From positions 3,288,001 through 3,352,000 of the forward strand of contig JASTWF010000036.1 in NCBI GenBank assembly GCA_030390025.1: DNA of 64,000 bases, given 5' to 3'. How positions within the stretch are numbered: position 1 is the first letter of the stretch; every line of letters starts with the position of its first letter. Positions 49,301 through 61,975 of this stretch are shown here, piece after piece. The position numbers and the translations under genes were made by a program. Source of the DNA: Squalus acanthias. Lineage: Eukaryota. Under the pieces are notes generated by a model. The model saw only the letters and a list, made by a program, of their open reading frames with translations. It searched no databases and had not been told where the DNA came from.

Positions 49301-50402
49301 GCCTTGCCCACTGACATGAATCTTGCCATTCATGTATGAAATAATACTGGGCAGCCTGCTGGTGGCGCTGTCCAGGGAGAGTATAAATACTCGGGCATGG
49401 GCCCAGCTTGCTTAGGACATTCCTCAACAGGAACTAGTGAAGGACACAACTAGATCTCCATGTTGAAAAACAGTTGATTAAAGCTTTGTTTAACGCTTAG
49501 ACCAAGTGCCTAGTAGTTTTCTTACGTCACCCACATTTACACACGAGAAGGTACCAGTGGGTGGCCAATCACCTGTGGGACTGCTGCTTCCCCAAGCAGG
49601 AGTCAGCATCTTCAGGAAAGGAAGGAAGGAACGAAAATACACACAGCACCCACTGTACGTGAAACAGGATTCCTCTTCTCCTGACACCTGGTCACATAGC
49701 ACATCTCCACGTAGTACTGGAGAGTTCGAGCACAGTGCCAAGCATCACTATGCAAGTGGTGTTACACCCAACGCCAGTGCAAGTCCTGTAGATTTGCAGC
49801 AAAGTGTTGGCAAGCTTTGTAGACGTTAGATATTGTAGGGTAGCAAGGTAGCAGGTTAATGATTACCTCGAGTACATCATATAGGCATATTTGAGGCTCC
49901 AACCTGTGCTAAGGCTGAACGAACACAAACAATTTGGATCTGACTCAGTCTTTTAAGAAAGGAGAAAGTGCTCTGATGTGGTCACTTTGATCATGAGGTT
50001 TTTTTAAACTTCTTCCAAGAGTGGTGAGTCAGTTTTACATGAAGGATCTCCCTCCAAAATGGTACCAAAGCAGGATTATATCCATTTTCAACAAAATTTG
50101 GACAAAAAATAATATCAAAGCCACCACTTCAAAGGGTAAATGATACCCTGTTACCTCACCAGTCATTTGTTAGGCATTTGATTTACAAGGTGCACCCAAG
50201 TCAATAGGCTGCCACACAGACCAGGAAGCTGATGTCAGCCAGCGTGATAGAGCCACTACAATTGGACTCAGTGTCCCAGGAATGGGGGGAGGGGGCAAAA
50301 CAGACACAATTTCCACTCCTGAGCCTGATAGAATGGCACATTTATGGATGTCAGGTGAGTACAGGATCTGGCTCTGCTCTGATGCCCGCCATAATCAAAC
50401 AT

Positions 50403-50830
50403 CAACAACAACTTGTAGCAAAACATCCCAAGGTGCTTCACAGGAACGATTATCAGACAAAATTTGACACCGAGCCACATAAGGAGATATTTGGACAGGT
50501 GACCAAAAGCTTGGTCAAAGAGGTAGGTTTTAAGGAGCATCTTAAAGGAGGAGAGAGAGGCGGAGAGGTTTAGGGAGGGAATTCCAGAGCTTAGGGCCTT
50601 GGCAACAGAAGGCACGGCTGCCAATGGTGGAGCGATGGAAATTGGGGAAGCGCAAGAGGCCAGAATTGGAGGAGCGCAGAGATCTCGGGGGGGTTGTGGG
50701 GCTGGAGGAGGTTACAGAGATCTCGGGGGGGTTGTGGGGCTGGAGGAGGTTACAGAGATAGGGAGGAGCGAGGCCGTGGAGGGATTTGAAAACAAGGCTG
50801 AGAATTTTTAAATCGAGGCGTTGCCGGACT
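50403..50830 (-). mobile_element. L2 3' fragment with an internal 38-bp tandem duplication
   Basis: SFKMLLKTYLFDQAFG on the minus strand; duplicated unit at 50678-50715 and 50716-50753. Confidence 0.85.
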
Positions 50831-51129
50831 GAACAAATGCTGATACTCAGTCTCTAGACTCACACATGAAGAATGGCCACTTGAGTGACAGTCACTCGTG
50901 GAACCTTACCTCAGAATCAGGCAGGCGGAGCAGAGGGGAGAAAGCTGTGTGGCGGGGGGTGGTGAGTTAACATGAGGACTACAGACTGGGGCAACTCAAG
51001 GACCAGAACAACAGTATCTGGGCTTGTGCTGAAACAGGCCCATGCATTGACATGCAGCCATCACTTCAAGAATGACTGCTGCCAGAAATGGAGGCAAAAT
51101 GATGGGAAATGAAGCCCTCTCGACTTGCC

Positions 51130-51278
51130 TTTTTTTAAATTCGTTCATGGGATGTGGGCGTCGCTGGCAAGGCCAGCATTTATTGCCGATCCCTAGTTGC
51201 CCTTGAGAAGGTGGTGGTGAGCCGCCGCCTTGAACCGCTGCAGTCCGTGTGGTGAAGGTACTCCCACAGTGCTGTTAA
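51130..51278 (-). mobile_element. LINE-family-2 3' tail
   Basis: Reverse complement of about 9830-9980. Confidence 0.85.
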
Positions 51279-52357
51279 CTGCCTTCGACAGTTAACATCT
51301 GTATCGTTGCATGGTGCACTACTCCCCACACTCACTCTGGCTGGAACAGAATGGCATGATCCAAAAATCAGACCTAATCCTGGACATTTGGGGCCTGAGC
51401 ACAAGAATAAAACTGCAGCCTGGAAAACCAGTGCCAGGAAAGTATGGAAACTCTTTCACGACAAAGAAAGGCGGGTAAACCTTGAGTACCACAACTGGGG
51501 ATGAGCAACAACGTGTTGCACTTCTGCAGAAACTCTGGGAATTCATCATAGTTGCTGTGTAATACTAGTTATTTTCCAGTATATTGCACAGTGCCAACTA
51601 GACGGTGGGGAGAGATTTCTCTGTGATGCCATTCTTTGACACTGTGTATCATGATGGCCAAGTTTCAGCATCTCAAAAGGATCACCAACCACTCAAAGGC
51701 TATTGTCTGGGAATTTCCTGAATAAAGATTACTCTTGCTTGGAATGAGTGAGCGAAATTCTCACCTGAAGCTAGCAGGAGGAGCGGAGTTGAAGTTTAGG
51801 GTAGCATTCAGTGCTAGAGGTTGGTAGACAGTGCAGTGCGATATGACTGGGGTTGGCTGTTGCCATCCTTGCCGGGATTGCTATTTAAGACACGTTAAGG
51901 AGCATCTCAAGCAAGGTAAAGATTCCCTGTTATTACACACAATTCTCATTTCCACAGCAGTGAATTACCAGCTTTCTGGGCTAGAATTATCACCACCAAC
52001 CATAGGGTACAAAGAATGAAGGCAGTACGGTTTAGCACATAGTAAGGTCACCTTTATATCAGGGGGTTCAAATGAATATAGTGACTCAATCTTAGATATG
52101 TTACAACGTAGTAACACTTCAAGGAAGGATTTAGAACACATCAAAACTACAAGACAGAACCTTGAGCAATTTTTCAATGCCACCTTGATCTTTACAGTCT
52201 TGTAATGCACATCTACTTATTATTCATGTCCTGTGCTGTGCCTTGGCCCTTCACTTAGGTTTCTCAATTAAAAAAATTATTTAATAACATTAGCAATAAA
52301 GCATGGGCGGTTATGCAACAAGGTTGATCTCCAGAAGTAACGGTTTGAAAGTACGAA

Positions 52358-53042
52358 GTGGGAGAAATTCGGTTGCTTAGCGCCTCCCGTTAGCGCCTCT
52401 GGGGGTGCTAACGGGGCGCTAGGAAGTTAGCGCCCGAGCGTGGTGATTTTAGCGGCGCTCGCGAAATTGACCAGTCGTTTTGCGGCAGTGCTAAGCACTA
52501 CCGCCACAATCTCCTGCGCCCGCAGATCATGACGTCAGTCGAGCGTGCAACGCCCCAGTAGCGCCCCAGACCGGATATTGAGTCGTGCCCCCTGCCTTAG
52601 CGCCTGCCGCTGGAAACGACAGGTAGAGGGGAACGTTTTCAAGTCGGGAAGGGGCTGGGGGAGCGCTATTTAAAGGCGGGCGCTTCCTGCCTTTTCTTGT
52701 CGGCAACATTTTTGGTTTTAACGCTGTCCTAAGGAGTTTTGGCCCTCAGCACCACTTTTGAGGTTCCTAAGTGCCGAGCTCTTTCCCTGGGCCTATCCAT
52801 TAGTGCTTCCAACACAATTGCTTTCGAGGTCTCTCCAGGCCGAGATTCAAGGCTGCAATGAGCAGGGAGCGGCTGGCCAGCAAGATGGCCCCTCCCCTTC
52901 AAGAACTGGACGGCGCCAGTCTGTCTGGCTTCCATGGTAACGGACATCGCCTGAGCTTCGGTAGCGTTCTGAGGTAGCGCCTCGCTCCCTGACATTTGCG
53001 CCTTAAGAGAGGTGTGTAGCGCCTGAGTTAGCGCTCCAGAGG
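52358..53042 (+). mobile_element. Family-B Harbinger-like element, subfamily variant, right end lost
   Basis: Left end ggagaaattcggttgcttagcgcctcccgttagcgcc; colinear with 21921-22814 until it is fused to CR1. Confidence 0.8.
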
Positions 53043-53350
53043 CAGAAGGGTCGGTAACCAGAGGACACAGATTTAAGGTGATTGGCAAAAGAAGCAGAGG
53101 CGACATGAGGAAACATTGTTTTACGCAGCGAGTTGTGATTTGGAATGCACTGCCCAAAAGGGTGGTGGAAGCAGATTCAATAGTAACTTTCAAAAGGGAA
53201 TTGGATAAATACTTAAAGGGAAACAAAATGACAGGGATACAGGGAAAGAGCAGGGGGTAGTGGGATTAATTGGATAGCTCTAGCAAAGAGCCGGCACAGG
53301 CACGATGGGCTGAATGGCCTCCTTCTGTGCTGTATCATTCTATGATTCTA
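53040..53350 (+). mobile_element. CR1 3' fragment
   Basis: RGDMRKHCFTQRVVIWNALPKRVVEA plus tail. Confidence 0.85.
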
Positions 53351-54608
53351 AGTCTCAGCTAACTGCTGAGTTAGCTGATCTCAGCTGGGCAGCATTTGGG
53401 GTTAGCATTTAGCCCCAGTGCTCCTGGGCTTGGGCGGGAGGGGGGTGGGGGAGCGGGGAGTAGATTGACCATGTTCCCACTGCTAATGGTTATCCAGTGA
53501 CCCTTGTTGGAATACGTTTGTGTTGACATCAGACAAGGACACGATCTGGCTTCGCTGAGAAACCGCCAAGGTGAGTTGACTTGCTAACACTATTGGTGTG
53601 GGCTTGCATACAATGAATGATCCGAGGGTTGCTGGGTGTCCCTGGAACCATACCCCAGTCAGCACCTTCAGGAGAGAAAATTGAGGGTGGAGGGGCAGGT
53701 GGTCTTTTCACCCCGATGAGCAGTCTTTTGTTAAAATGGTGACCTTTCTCTTCATTACCCTCCAAGTTTTCTCAGCTGTGGAAGATGAAGACGAGGGTGA
53801 ACTTTTGATAACCAGGCTTGATCATTTTTCCGGCGCAAAAACCAATCTGTTTATGAAGAGAACATGCTGCACAGCCTCAATCAGCTGTGCTCCCCAACAG
53901 CTGTGAAGGAAGCTACCTTATCTCGGGCTTAAGTGACAGGAAACCTCAGAAAGCAGCAGCTGGAGCCGATGAAAGGAATGCAAGAAGGAATCCAGCCACA
54001 ACTGGGACTCTGGGGTCGCTATGGTTGCAGGCTGGTGCATGTCAAGTGCAGTCACATTCTTTCTTAAAGCAGGACTATCATTTTCTCTTTTGAACCAATC
54101 CCAGTAGGTGAAATTGTTCTTTTCATGACGGTACTCCCTTTAACTACTGTGGATGCTTTTTAATTCTGGTCAGAAGATTCTACGGCCGTTTTTTTTAAAT
54201 AACCTGGATTGCCATGACATTTCTTTCATCTTGTGTCAAAACTGATCAGATACTCCGTGTGGTTGAGGAATCCTAGTGCATCACACAGGACGTGTAGGAT
54301 AAAATGGCGGGGGATGGGCACAGAGGCGATCGTGCATTAAACAGACAATCTCTACAGACCAAACCAAGACCTCTCTTGTTTCATGTTCGGACCTGGAGCA
54401 TGGCTCAGCATTCTAATCTCCGCACAGGGATTTAGTGTAGCTGTTCTACTCGCTCGCAAGCACAACATGCATGCACAGGGCCAAATAACATTTTGCTGTG
54501 GGGTGGTACTGGGAGGAACAAACTGATGGGAAATTAGGGTAAATATCTTGGGGCTGTGGGTGGTTACAACAGTGAAAGTTTATCCTCGACCATGCACAAA
54601 TCAACTCC

Positions 54609-54934
54609 AACAACAATGTGCATTTATATAGCGCCTTTAACGTAGTAAAACGTCCCAAGGCGCTTCATAGGAGCGTTATCAAACAAAATTTGACACCGAG
54701 CCACATAAAGAGATATTAAGACAGGTGACCAAATGCTTGGCCAAAGAAATAGGTTTTAAGGAGCGCCTTAAAGGAGGAGAGAGACGGAGAGGTTTAGGGA
54801 GGAGTGAATTCCAGAGCTTAGGGCAGCTGAAAGCACGGCCGCCAGTGGTGGAGCGATAAAAATCGAGGATGCACAAGATGCCAGAACTGGAGGAGTGGAG
54901 AGATCTCGGTGGGTTGTAGGGCTGGAGGAGGTTA
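54609..54934 (-). mobile_element. L2 3' fragment
   Basis: GGRAFSCPKLWNSL plus (aac)n tail. Confidence 0.83.
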
Positions 54935-55832
54935 CTCCACGGGCAAATTTATAGCCTTTTGTGTTAATGCTGACTTTTGGGTTGTGGCTCTTTCAAGCCC
55001 AAATGAACTTCTCCTTTACCTTATTAAACAGGATAGATATGTAAGAATCTATCTCGGGTCAGATAGTGAAGGCTGGTGTCAAAGGGGTTAAGTCTTGAAC
55101 AGGACAAAAAGGGGTGATGGAGACAGCCTTTCCCATCGAGATGAGATGAGCTTTGTTCTTGATGTTTTATTTCTCATTGTGTATACAGTGGTGACCTCCA
55201 TAGTAAAGCGACCTTGGTGCTTGTGTGTATAGCCTTGTGCCATTGAGCAACGTATAAATATAACAGAATGTCATCAGTCTGAGCCTGGGGGTGGGTGGGT
55301 GGGTGGGCAGGGGAGAGGAATCCATGCTTCACTTTAGATTTAAGAATGTAAAATTTGTGATGGCTAATTCCTGTGGTGTGACACTGAGGTTATTATTTTA
55401 GATGCTAGCTGTTATTTTCAATACTGCGTCTCTCTACATTGTAATATCGGTGTGAAAAGAGCTTCCTGAAGCGTTAGTTTGCGCACTTGTGAGCCGTGTT
55501 GGACCTCTGTGATAACGTGACTGCCTGGTTTTAATACAGCAAATGCGACAAGACTCCATTTTCTGGCCAGTTTGCACATTGTTTGACAGTCTGTCAATCA
55601 TGCTGTAGAGGTTAAGTGGAGAAGCTTACCATAGCAACAGTGATAAAAGTTAGTGACCTTGGTTAGGAATATTAATGAATCTCTCAAGAAAAAGGCAGAT
55701 GAGAGTCGTTGGTGCAGTAATGTGCGAGCTGGGAGACGAGGGCTGTGATCCTCAAATAATCTTTAGAATATTGTACTCAGAAAGGAGGATAAAGGGCTCT
55801 TTGTCCTTCATCAAAAGAATTTAGTGCTGGCG

Positions 55833-56252
55833 CTGATAGCTCAGTTGGTAAGTTCACTGTCTCCTTTTGAACTGAGCCATATGGACGAAGAAGTCTCAGG
55901 TTTGATCCCTGATCGTAGTTGAATTAGCTGATGGGTGGTGGTGTGTTGATGGGGTGCTGCGATCAATTGGCCCGAGCCCCCCTCAAATAAGATGGGGAAA
56001 AGTCAGCCAGGGTTTCCACTCCTGATTGCTATCCAGTGACCTCTGGTGGAAATTGCGTGTGGATCACGAGTGAGGACAGGATCAAGCTCCGTTGTGCTGG
56101 CCCTCCGCCCCCCGCCACGTTCAAAATGCCGACTAGTCTGGGCAAGTTCACAGACGAAGGATGGGCATTTGGATGAGTACCACAGACTGGGCAGCAAAAC
56201 TGTACCCCACAATGAGTCAAGGCCTTCAGGAGGAGGTGGTGGGGGGGAGGGG
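55833..56252 (+). mobile_element. SINE-like family B, near full-length
   Basis: tRNA-like head tagctcagttggt...caggtttgatccc; body ctatccagtgacctctggtggaaa. Further copies near 26685-26910, 44280-44560, 50240-50400, 53360-53690, 59000-59260 and 63040-63470. Confidence 0.65.
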
Positions 56253-56491
56253 AACATGAGAAACGTATTAGGCAAATCTCTTTGGCGTTGGGACGGAGGA
56301 AGAGTCAAAAAGAACCACACACAGTTGTTGTGGTTTGAAGCAGGTTATGCAGTTGCTTTTTGTGTTGGTAAACAACTGAGCCTTGCCAGAGACTTTTTTT
56401 TGTCCAATGAAATATTAGCTTAAAGATACAATCTGCTGTCAGTGCTAATCAACAGATTGGGGGATAAATTTAACTTCGGGCAACAGTGTAA

Positions 56492-57684
56492 ATTTTTTTG
56501 AAGATGTAACTGGTAGAATAGATAAGGGAGAACCAGTGGATGTGGTGTATTTGGATTTTCAGAAGGCCTTTGATAAAGTCCCACATAAGAGGTTAGTGTG
56601 CAAAATTAAAGCACATGGGATTGGGGGTAATATACTGGCATGGATGGAAAATTGGTTAACAGACAGGAAACAGAGAGTAGGAATAAATGGGTCTTTTTCG
56701 GGGTGGCAGGCGGTGACTAGTGGGGGACCGCAGGGATCAGTGCTTGGGCCCCAGCTATTCACAATATATATCAATGATTTGGATGAGGGAACCAAACGTA
56801 ATATTTCCAAGTTTGCTGACGACACGAAACTAGGTGGGATTGTGAGTTGTGAGAGGCTGCAAAGAGGCTTCAAGGCGATTTAGACAAGTTGAGTGAGTGG
56901 GCAAATACATGGCAGATGCAGTATAACGTGGATAAATGTGAAGTTATCCACTTCGGTAGGAAAAACAGAAAGGCAGAGTATTATTTAAATGGTGATAGAT
57001 TCGGAAATGTTGATGTACAAAGGGACCTGGGTGTCCTTGTACACCAGTCACTGAAAGCAAACATGAAGGTGCAGCAAGCAGTTAGGAAGGCAAATGGTAT
57101 GTTGGCCTTCATTGCAAGAGGATTTGAGTACAGGAGCAAGGATGTCTTACTACAGTTGTACAGGGCCTTGGTGAGACCACACCTGGAGTACTGTGTGCAG
57201 TTTTGGTCTCCTTACCTAAGAAAGGATATACTTGCCATAGACGGAGTGCAGTGAAGGTTCACCGGACTGATTCCTGGGATGGCAGGACTGTCGTATGAGG
57301 AGAGATTGGGTTGACTAGGCCTGTATTCACTAGAGTTTAGAAGAATGAGAGGGGATCTCATTGAAACGTATAAAATTCTGACAGGGCTAGACAGACTGGA
57401 TGCAGGGAGGATGTTTCCCCTGGCTGGGGGGGTCTAGAACGAGGGGTCACAGTCTCAGGATACGGGGTAGGACATTTAGGACTGAGATGAGGAGAAATTT
57501 CTTCACTCAGAGGGTGGTGAACCTGTGGAATTCTCTACCACAGAAGGCTGTGGAGGCCAAGTCACTGAATATATTTAAGAAGGAGATAGATAGATTTCTA
57601 GACACAAAAGGCATCAAGGGGTATGGGGAGAGAGTGGGAATATGGTATTGAGATAGAGGATCAGCCATGATCATATTGAATGGC
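56492..57684 (+). mobile_element. CR1 LINE, 5'-truncated RT, degenerate
   Basis: [46 protein letters not shown]; frameshifts and stops. Confidence 0.95.
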
Positions 57685-58210
57685 AAAATTCGCCTCTATC
57701 GCCCCTGGAGGTGATTTAAGCGCTAAATCAGGCGCTACACCCCTCTCTTAAGGCGCAAACGTCAGGGAGCGAGGCGCTACCTCAGAACGCTACCAAAGCT
57801 CAGGCGATGTCCGTTACCATGGAAGCCAGACAGACTGGCGCCGTCCAGTTCTTAAAGGGGAGGGGCCATCTTGCTGGCCAGCCACTCCCTGCTCATTGCA
57901 GCCTTGAATCTCGGCCTGGAGAGACCTCAAAAGCAATTATGTTGGAAGCACTAATGGATAGGCCCAGGGAAAGAGCTCGGCACTTAGGAACCTCAAAAGT
58001 GGTGCTGAGGGCCAAAACTCCTTTGGACAGCATTAAAACCAAAAAATTTGCCGACAAGAAAAGGCAGGAAGCGCCCGCCTTTAAATAGCGCTCCCCCAGC
58101 CCCTTCCCGACTTGAAAACATTACCCTCTACCTGTTGTTCCTAGCGGCAGGCGCTGAGGCAGGGGGCATGACTCAATATCCGGTCCGGGGCGCTACCGAG
58201 GCGTTGCACT
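57685..58210 (-). mobile_element. Family-B element fragment, inverted relative to 52358-53042
   Basis: Near-identical translated stretch MSVTMEARQTGAVQFLKGRGHLAG... in both copies. Confidence 0.82.
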
Positions 58211-58877
58211 AAAGCGCTAAATCCCGAACTTCCAATCTGTCAAGTTCCGACTAGACAGATCATTTGCTATGACTGTCAGATCCTCATTACTGGTAAGCTT
58301 GCTAATTGCCCACCAACTGTGCATCAATTACGCTGGAAAATCTTATGGCTTGTGCAAACAGGCGCAGGAGCCTGTTTGCACAGCGTAAGGGGAGGGGGGA
58401 TAAGAAAATTGTATAAATAATTAAAAACAAACACATAAAAGCGCCGTGTATCAACCTACCAGGCAGCTGTGAAGGCTCGGTTTGAGGGATGAGATTGTTT
58501 TAATTTTTTTTAATCTTGCAGAGTCTTCCAGTAAATAACTGTACTTACGCCAAAGTATTCCCTGTGCTTTTTAAAGCCAAGTACTGCACTTGTCAAATAA
58601 ATATTCACACCGTTTAATTTACAAGTTGATTGATGTCGGGCATTGGAGATTTCTGCTTCCTGATTGGCTAGTGAAAGGAGCACCGCCCCACATGATCCCA
58701 GGTCCGCTTATGCACAACGGTGCGCCCCTGGGATCCGCGGGCCACTACGCTGCGCACAACTCCGCAGCGTTTCAAAGCAAGTTTTCGTTTGGGGCCTCGC
58801 ACGAGGTAAGTGCGGATTTCATTCAGATGTCGGCGGCGTACTCCTGAGCTACGCCGCCGACCGCAATTTCAGGGCCC
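58211..58877. mobile_element. Harbinger-like non-autonomous element fragment (family-D-like right end)
   Basis: Ends ...aggtaagtgcg...gcaatttcagggccc, similar to 42020-42081. Confidence 0.55.
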
Positions 58878-59649
58878 AACACGCTACACCACCAGAGCAG
58901 CTATCTGTTTTGTTGCCTCCTCTCCTAAAGGCAGAGAGGCAAACTGGGGTGTAGTTCCATGGGCACCAGCCACCCTCCAAAACCCCGCTCAAGTGGCCAT
59001 TCTCCGTGTGAAAGGAGACATCACAACTGAGCCTGTCCTTATCCAACAGCCACATTGGTGCACTTCCAGAATCACCGAGTAGCAATCGGGAGAGGGAACA
59101 GTGACTGACTTTTCTCCTCCCTAACGCAGAAGCCCTGAGGCCAATTTTAGTCCCCCGACCCCCACTGTGGCTGAGAATGGCGAGCCCAACACTGACTGGG
59201 AATCTTCCTGGTCTGTACAGCTCAGTTCCAGATACCAACAGGTCACGAGGGGAGCTCACCGGCACTTTGAATAATGAACGTTTATTCGCAGTGCAGTGAC
59301 ACTACTTCTTACTTCCTGGTTTGTTAAGAGCATGTTGTCTGCCTCCTCGCTATTCTTTACTCATAGCAGTGATCAAGAGGACATGAAGGTCTGGTGGTGT
59401 GCTACACAGGGCCTCTTGTTGGCAGTGCACTGGGTGGCGGGTCAAGAAGTTCACACCCACCATCCTAAGTTGGTGATCACATGTATGGAGCCCAGAGCTG
59501 GCCCAGTGTCTTTCCCCTTTCCCTCTGTACGTGAGCTCTTGGTTCTACACCTAGACTCTTTGTAGAATCTGAAATGGGTAGCCCCTTTTCCAGTGCTGAG
59601 ATCAGATAGCTGGTCTTCATCCCATGACCTTTGGAAAAACCTCCACACA

Positions 59650-60112
59650 GGACATAAAAAATAGGAGCAGGAGTAGGCCATTTGGCCCCTCGAGCCTGCT
59701 CCGCCATTCAATAAGATCATGGCTGATCTTCTACCTCATCTCCACTTTCCTGCACTATCCCCATATCGCTTGATTCCCATAATATTCAAAAATCTATCGA
59801 TCTCTGTCTTGAATATACTCAACAACTGAGCCTCCACAGCCCTCTGGGGTAGAGAATTCCAAAGATTCACCACCCTGAGTGAAAAAATTTCTCTTCATCT
59901 CAGTCCTAAATGGCCGACCCCTTATTCTGAGACTGTGACCCCAGGTTCTAGACTCCCCAGCCAGGGGAGACATCCTCCCTGCATCTACCCTGTCAAGCCC
60001 TGTAAGAATTTTGGATGTTTCAATGAGATCACCTCTCATTCTTCTAAACTCTCGAGAATATAGGCCTAGTCTACTCAATCTGTCCTCATAGGACAATCCC
60101 CTCATCCCAGAA
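59650..60112 (-). mobile_element. CR1 3' fragment
   Basis: GMRGLSYEDRLSRLGLYSREFRRMRGDLIET...; serves as the empty-site reference for the 21921 insertion. Confidence 0.9.
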
Positions 60113-61065
60113 CCGACAGGCACAGGAGAAATAGACAGACTGACGTTCAGTCGCTCTACCTGGTGTGGACTGAAACAATGACAAAGAAAGTGAAAGTAGA
60201 AGTTGTGACGGAGAATTAGAACTGGGACCAGGGTGGAGGGGGCGGGGGCGGGGGGGAAACAATGAGTTAAAACACTATCCTGAGCTACTCTGAAAACTTG
60301 GCCCAAGGATGAAATTCTCCGGCAGCTGGAAAGATCATTGCGTGACATGAGTTTGGTCGGCCTCAACCCAGTTCCGAGTACCATCTGCACCCGATCGGTC
60401 AGATCCCTGACAGGAACTTCACCATTGTTCTTTATGTAACACGTGCTTCGATATTTATAAAAGCTGCAATGATTTAAGCAGGATGTGCATTTTGCAATAC
60501 AAGCGAGTGCATGGATCAGTGTAAAGCAATCGTCGGTGCACATTGCAGCATGCAGACCCACACTCTAAGTAGCAGGAATGGATTTGCTTTCAGTGAGTGG
60601 GACTGAGTGCTTAATTGATTGGTGCAGCAATCAATCACCCATTCAAACGACACGGGTTTGATCCAGAACGCGCCTGGAACAGCTTCTCATTCCGTTTTTA
60701 AATCATTATACGCGGTTCACACAGACATGAGCGCGGATTAGCGCCAATAGCAGTAACCATGCGTAGTAACAGAACTGTTCTTTGCTGCCAGACTTAGAAA
60801 AGGAAGCCGGAAAAGAGGTAACAGGGCCCTTCATTCTGTCGTCAAGAAGTACACAGGGCAGGATTCCATTTAAGATAGGGTACAGTAGCCTAGTGGTTAT
60901 GGTACTGGACAAACCATCCAGAGGTCGAGGCCGGCAGGAGTGCTGTGGTGCCGGGAGAAGTAGTCCTGGCTCCACATGAATTTTGACCTTTTCGGCGGGG
61001 CTGGTTCCTAGACCAATTACACGCCAAGAAAACCTGAGCAGAGCAGGCCCGGGGCCCAGGACATC

Positions 61066-61975
61066 CCGCGCCCGGGCCCAGGGCATCCCACGCTCCGGGC
61101 CCAGGGCATCCCACGCTCCGGGCCCAGGGCATCCCGCGCTCCGGGCCCAGGGCATCCCACGCTCCGGGCCCAGGGCATCCCACGCTCCTGGCCCAGGGCA
61201 TCCCGCGCTCCGGGCCCAGGGCATCCCACGCTCCGGCCCAGGGCATCCCACGCTCCTGGCCCAGGGCATCCCACACTCGGCCCCCAGGGCATCCCACGCC
61301 CAGGGCATCCCGTGCTCCGGGCCCAGGGCATCCCGCGCTCCGGGCCCAGGGCATCCCACGCCCGGCCCCCAGGGCATCCCACGCCCGGCCCCCAGGGCAT
61401 CCCACGCCCGGCCCCCAGGGCATCCCACACTCGGCCCCCAGGGCATCCCACACTCGGCCCCCAGGGCATCCCATGCTCCTGGCCCAGGGCATCCCGTGCT
61501 CCGGGCCCAGGGCATCCCACGCTCCGGGCCCAGGGCATCCCGCGCTCCGGGCCCAGGGCATCCCACGCTCCGGGCCCAGGGCATCCCACGCTCCTGGCCC
61601 AGGGCATCCCACACTCGGCCCCCAGGGCATCCCACGCCCAGGGCATCCCGTGCTCCGGGCCCAGGGCATCCCACGCTCCGGGCCCAGGGCATCCCACGCC
61701 CGGCCCCCAGGGCATCCCGCGCTCCGGGCCCAGTGCATCCCATGCCCGGCGCCCAGGGCATCCCGCGCTCCGGGCCCAGGGCATCCCACGCCCGGCCCCC
61801 AGGGCAGCCTGCGCTCCGGGCCCAGGGCATCCCGCGCTCCGGGCCCAGGGCATCCCACGCTCCGGGCCCAGCGTATCCCGCGCTCCGGGCCCAGGGCATC
61901 CCGCGCTCCGGGCCCAGGGCATCTCGCGCTCCGGGCCCAGGGCATCCCGCGCTCCGGGCCCAGGGCATCCCACGT
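61066..61975. repeat. GC-rich minisatellite, 23-bp unit, about 40 copies
   Basis: Unit gggcatccc(a/g)cgctccgggccca with occasional shortened units; explains the ORFs seen in all six frames. Confidence 0.97.

Noticed and set aside
59794..60561. 255-aa minus ORF
   Set aside because: Chance read-through from unique sequence into a CR1 fragment.
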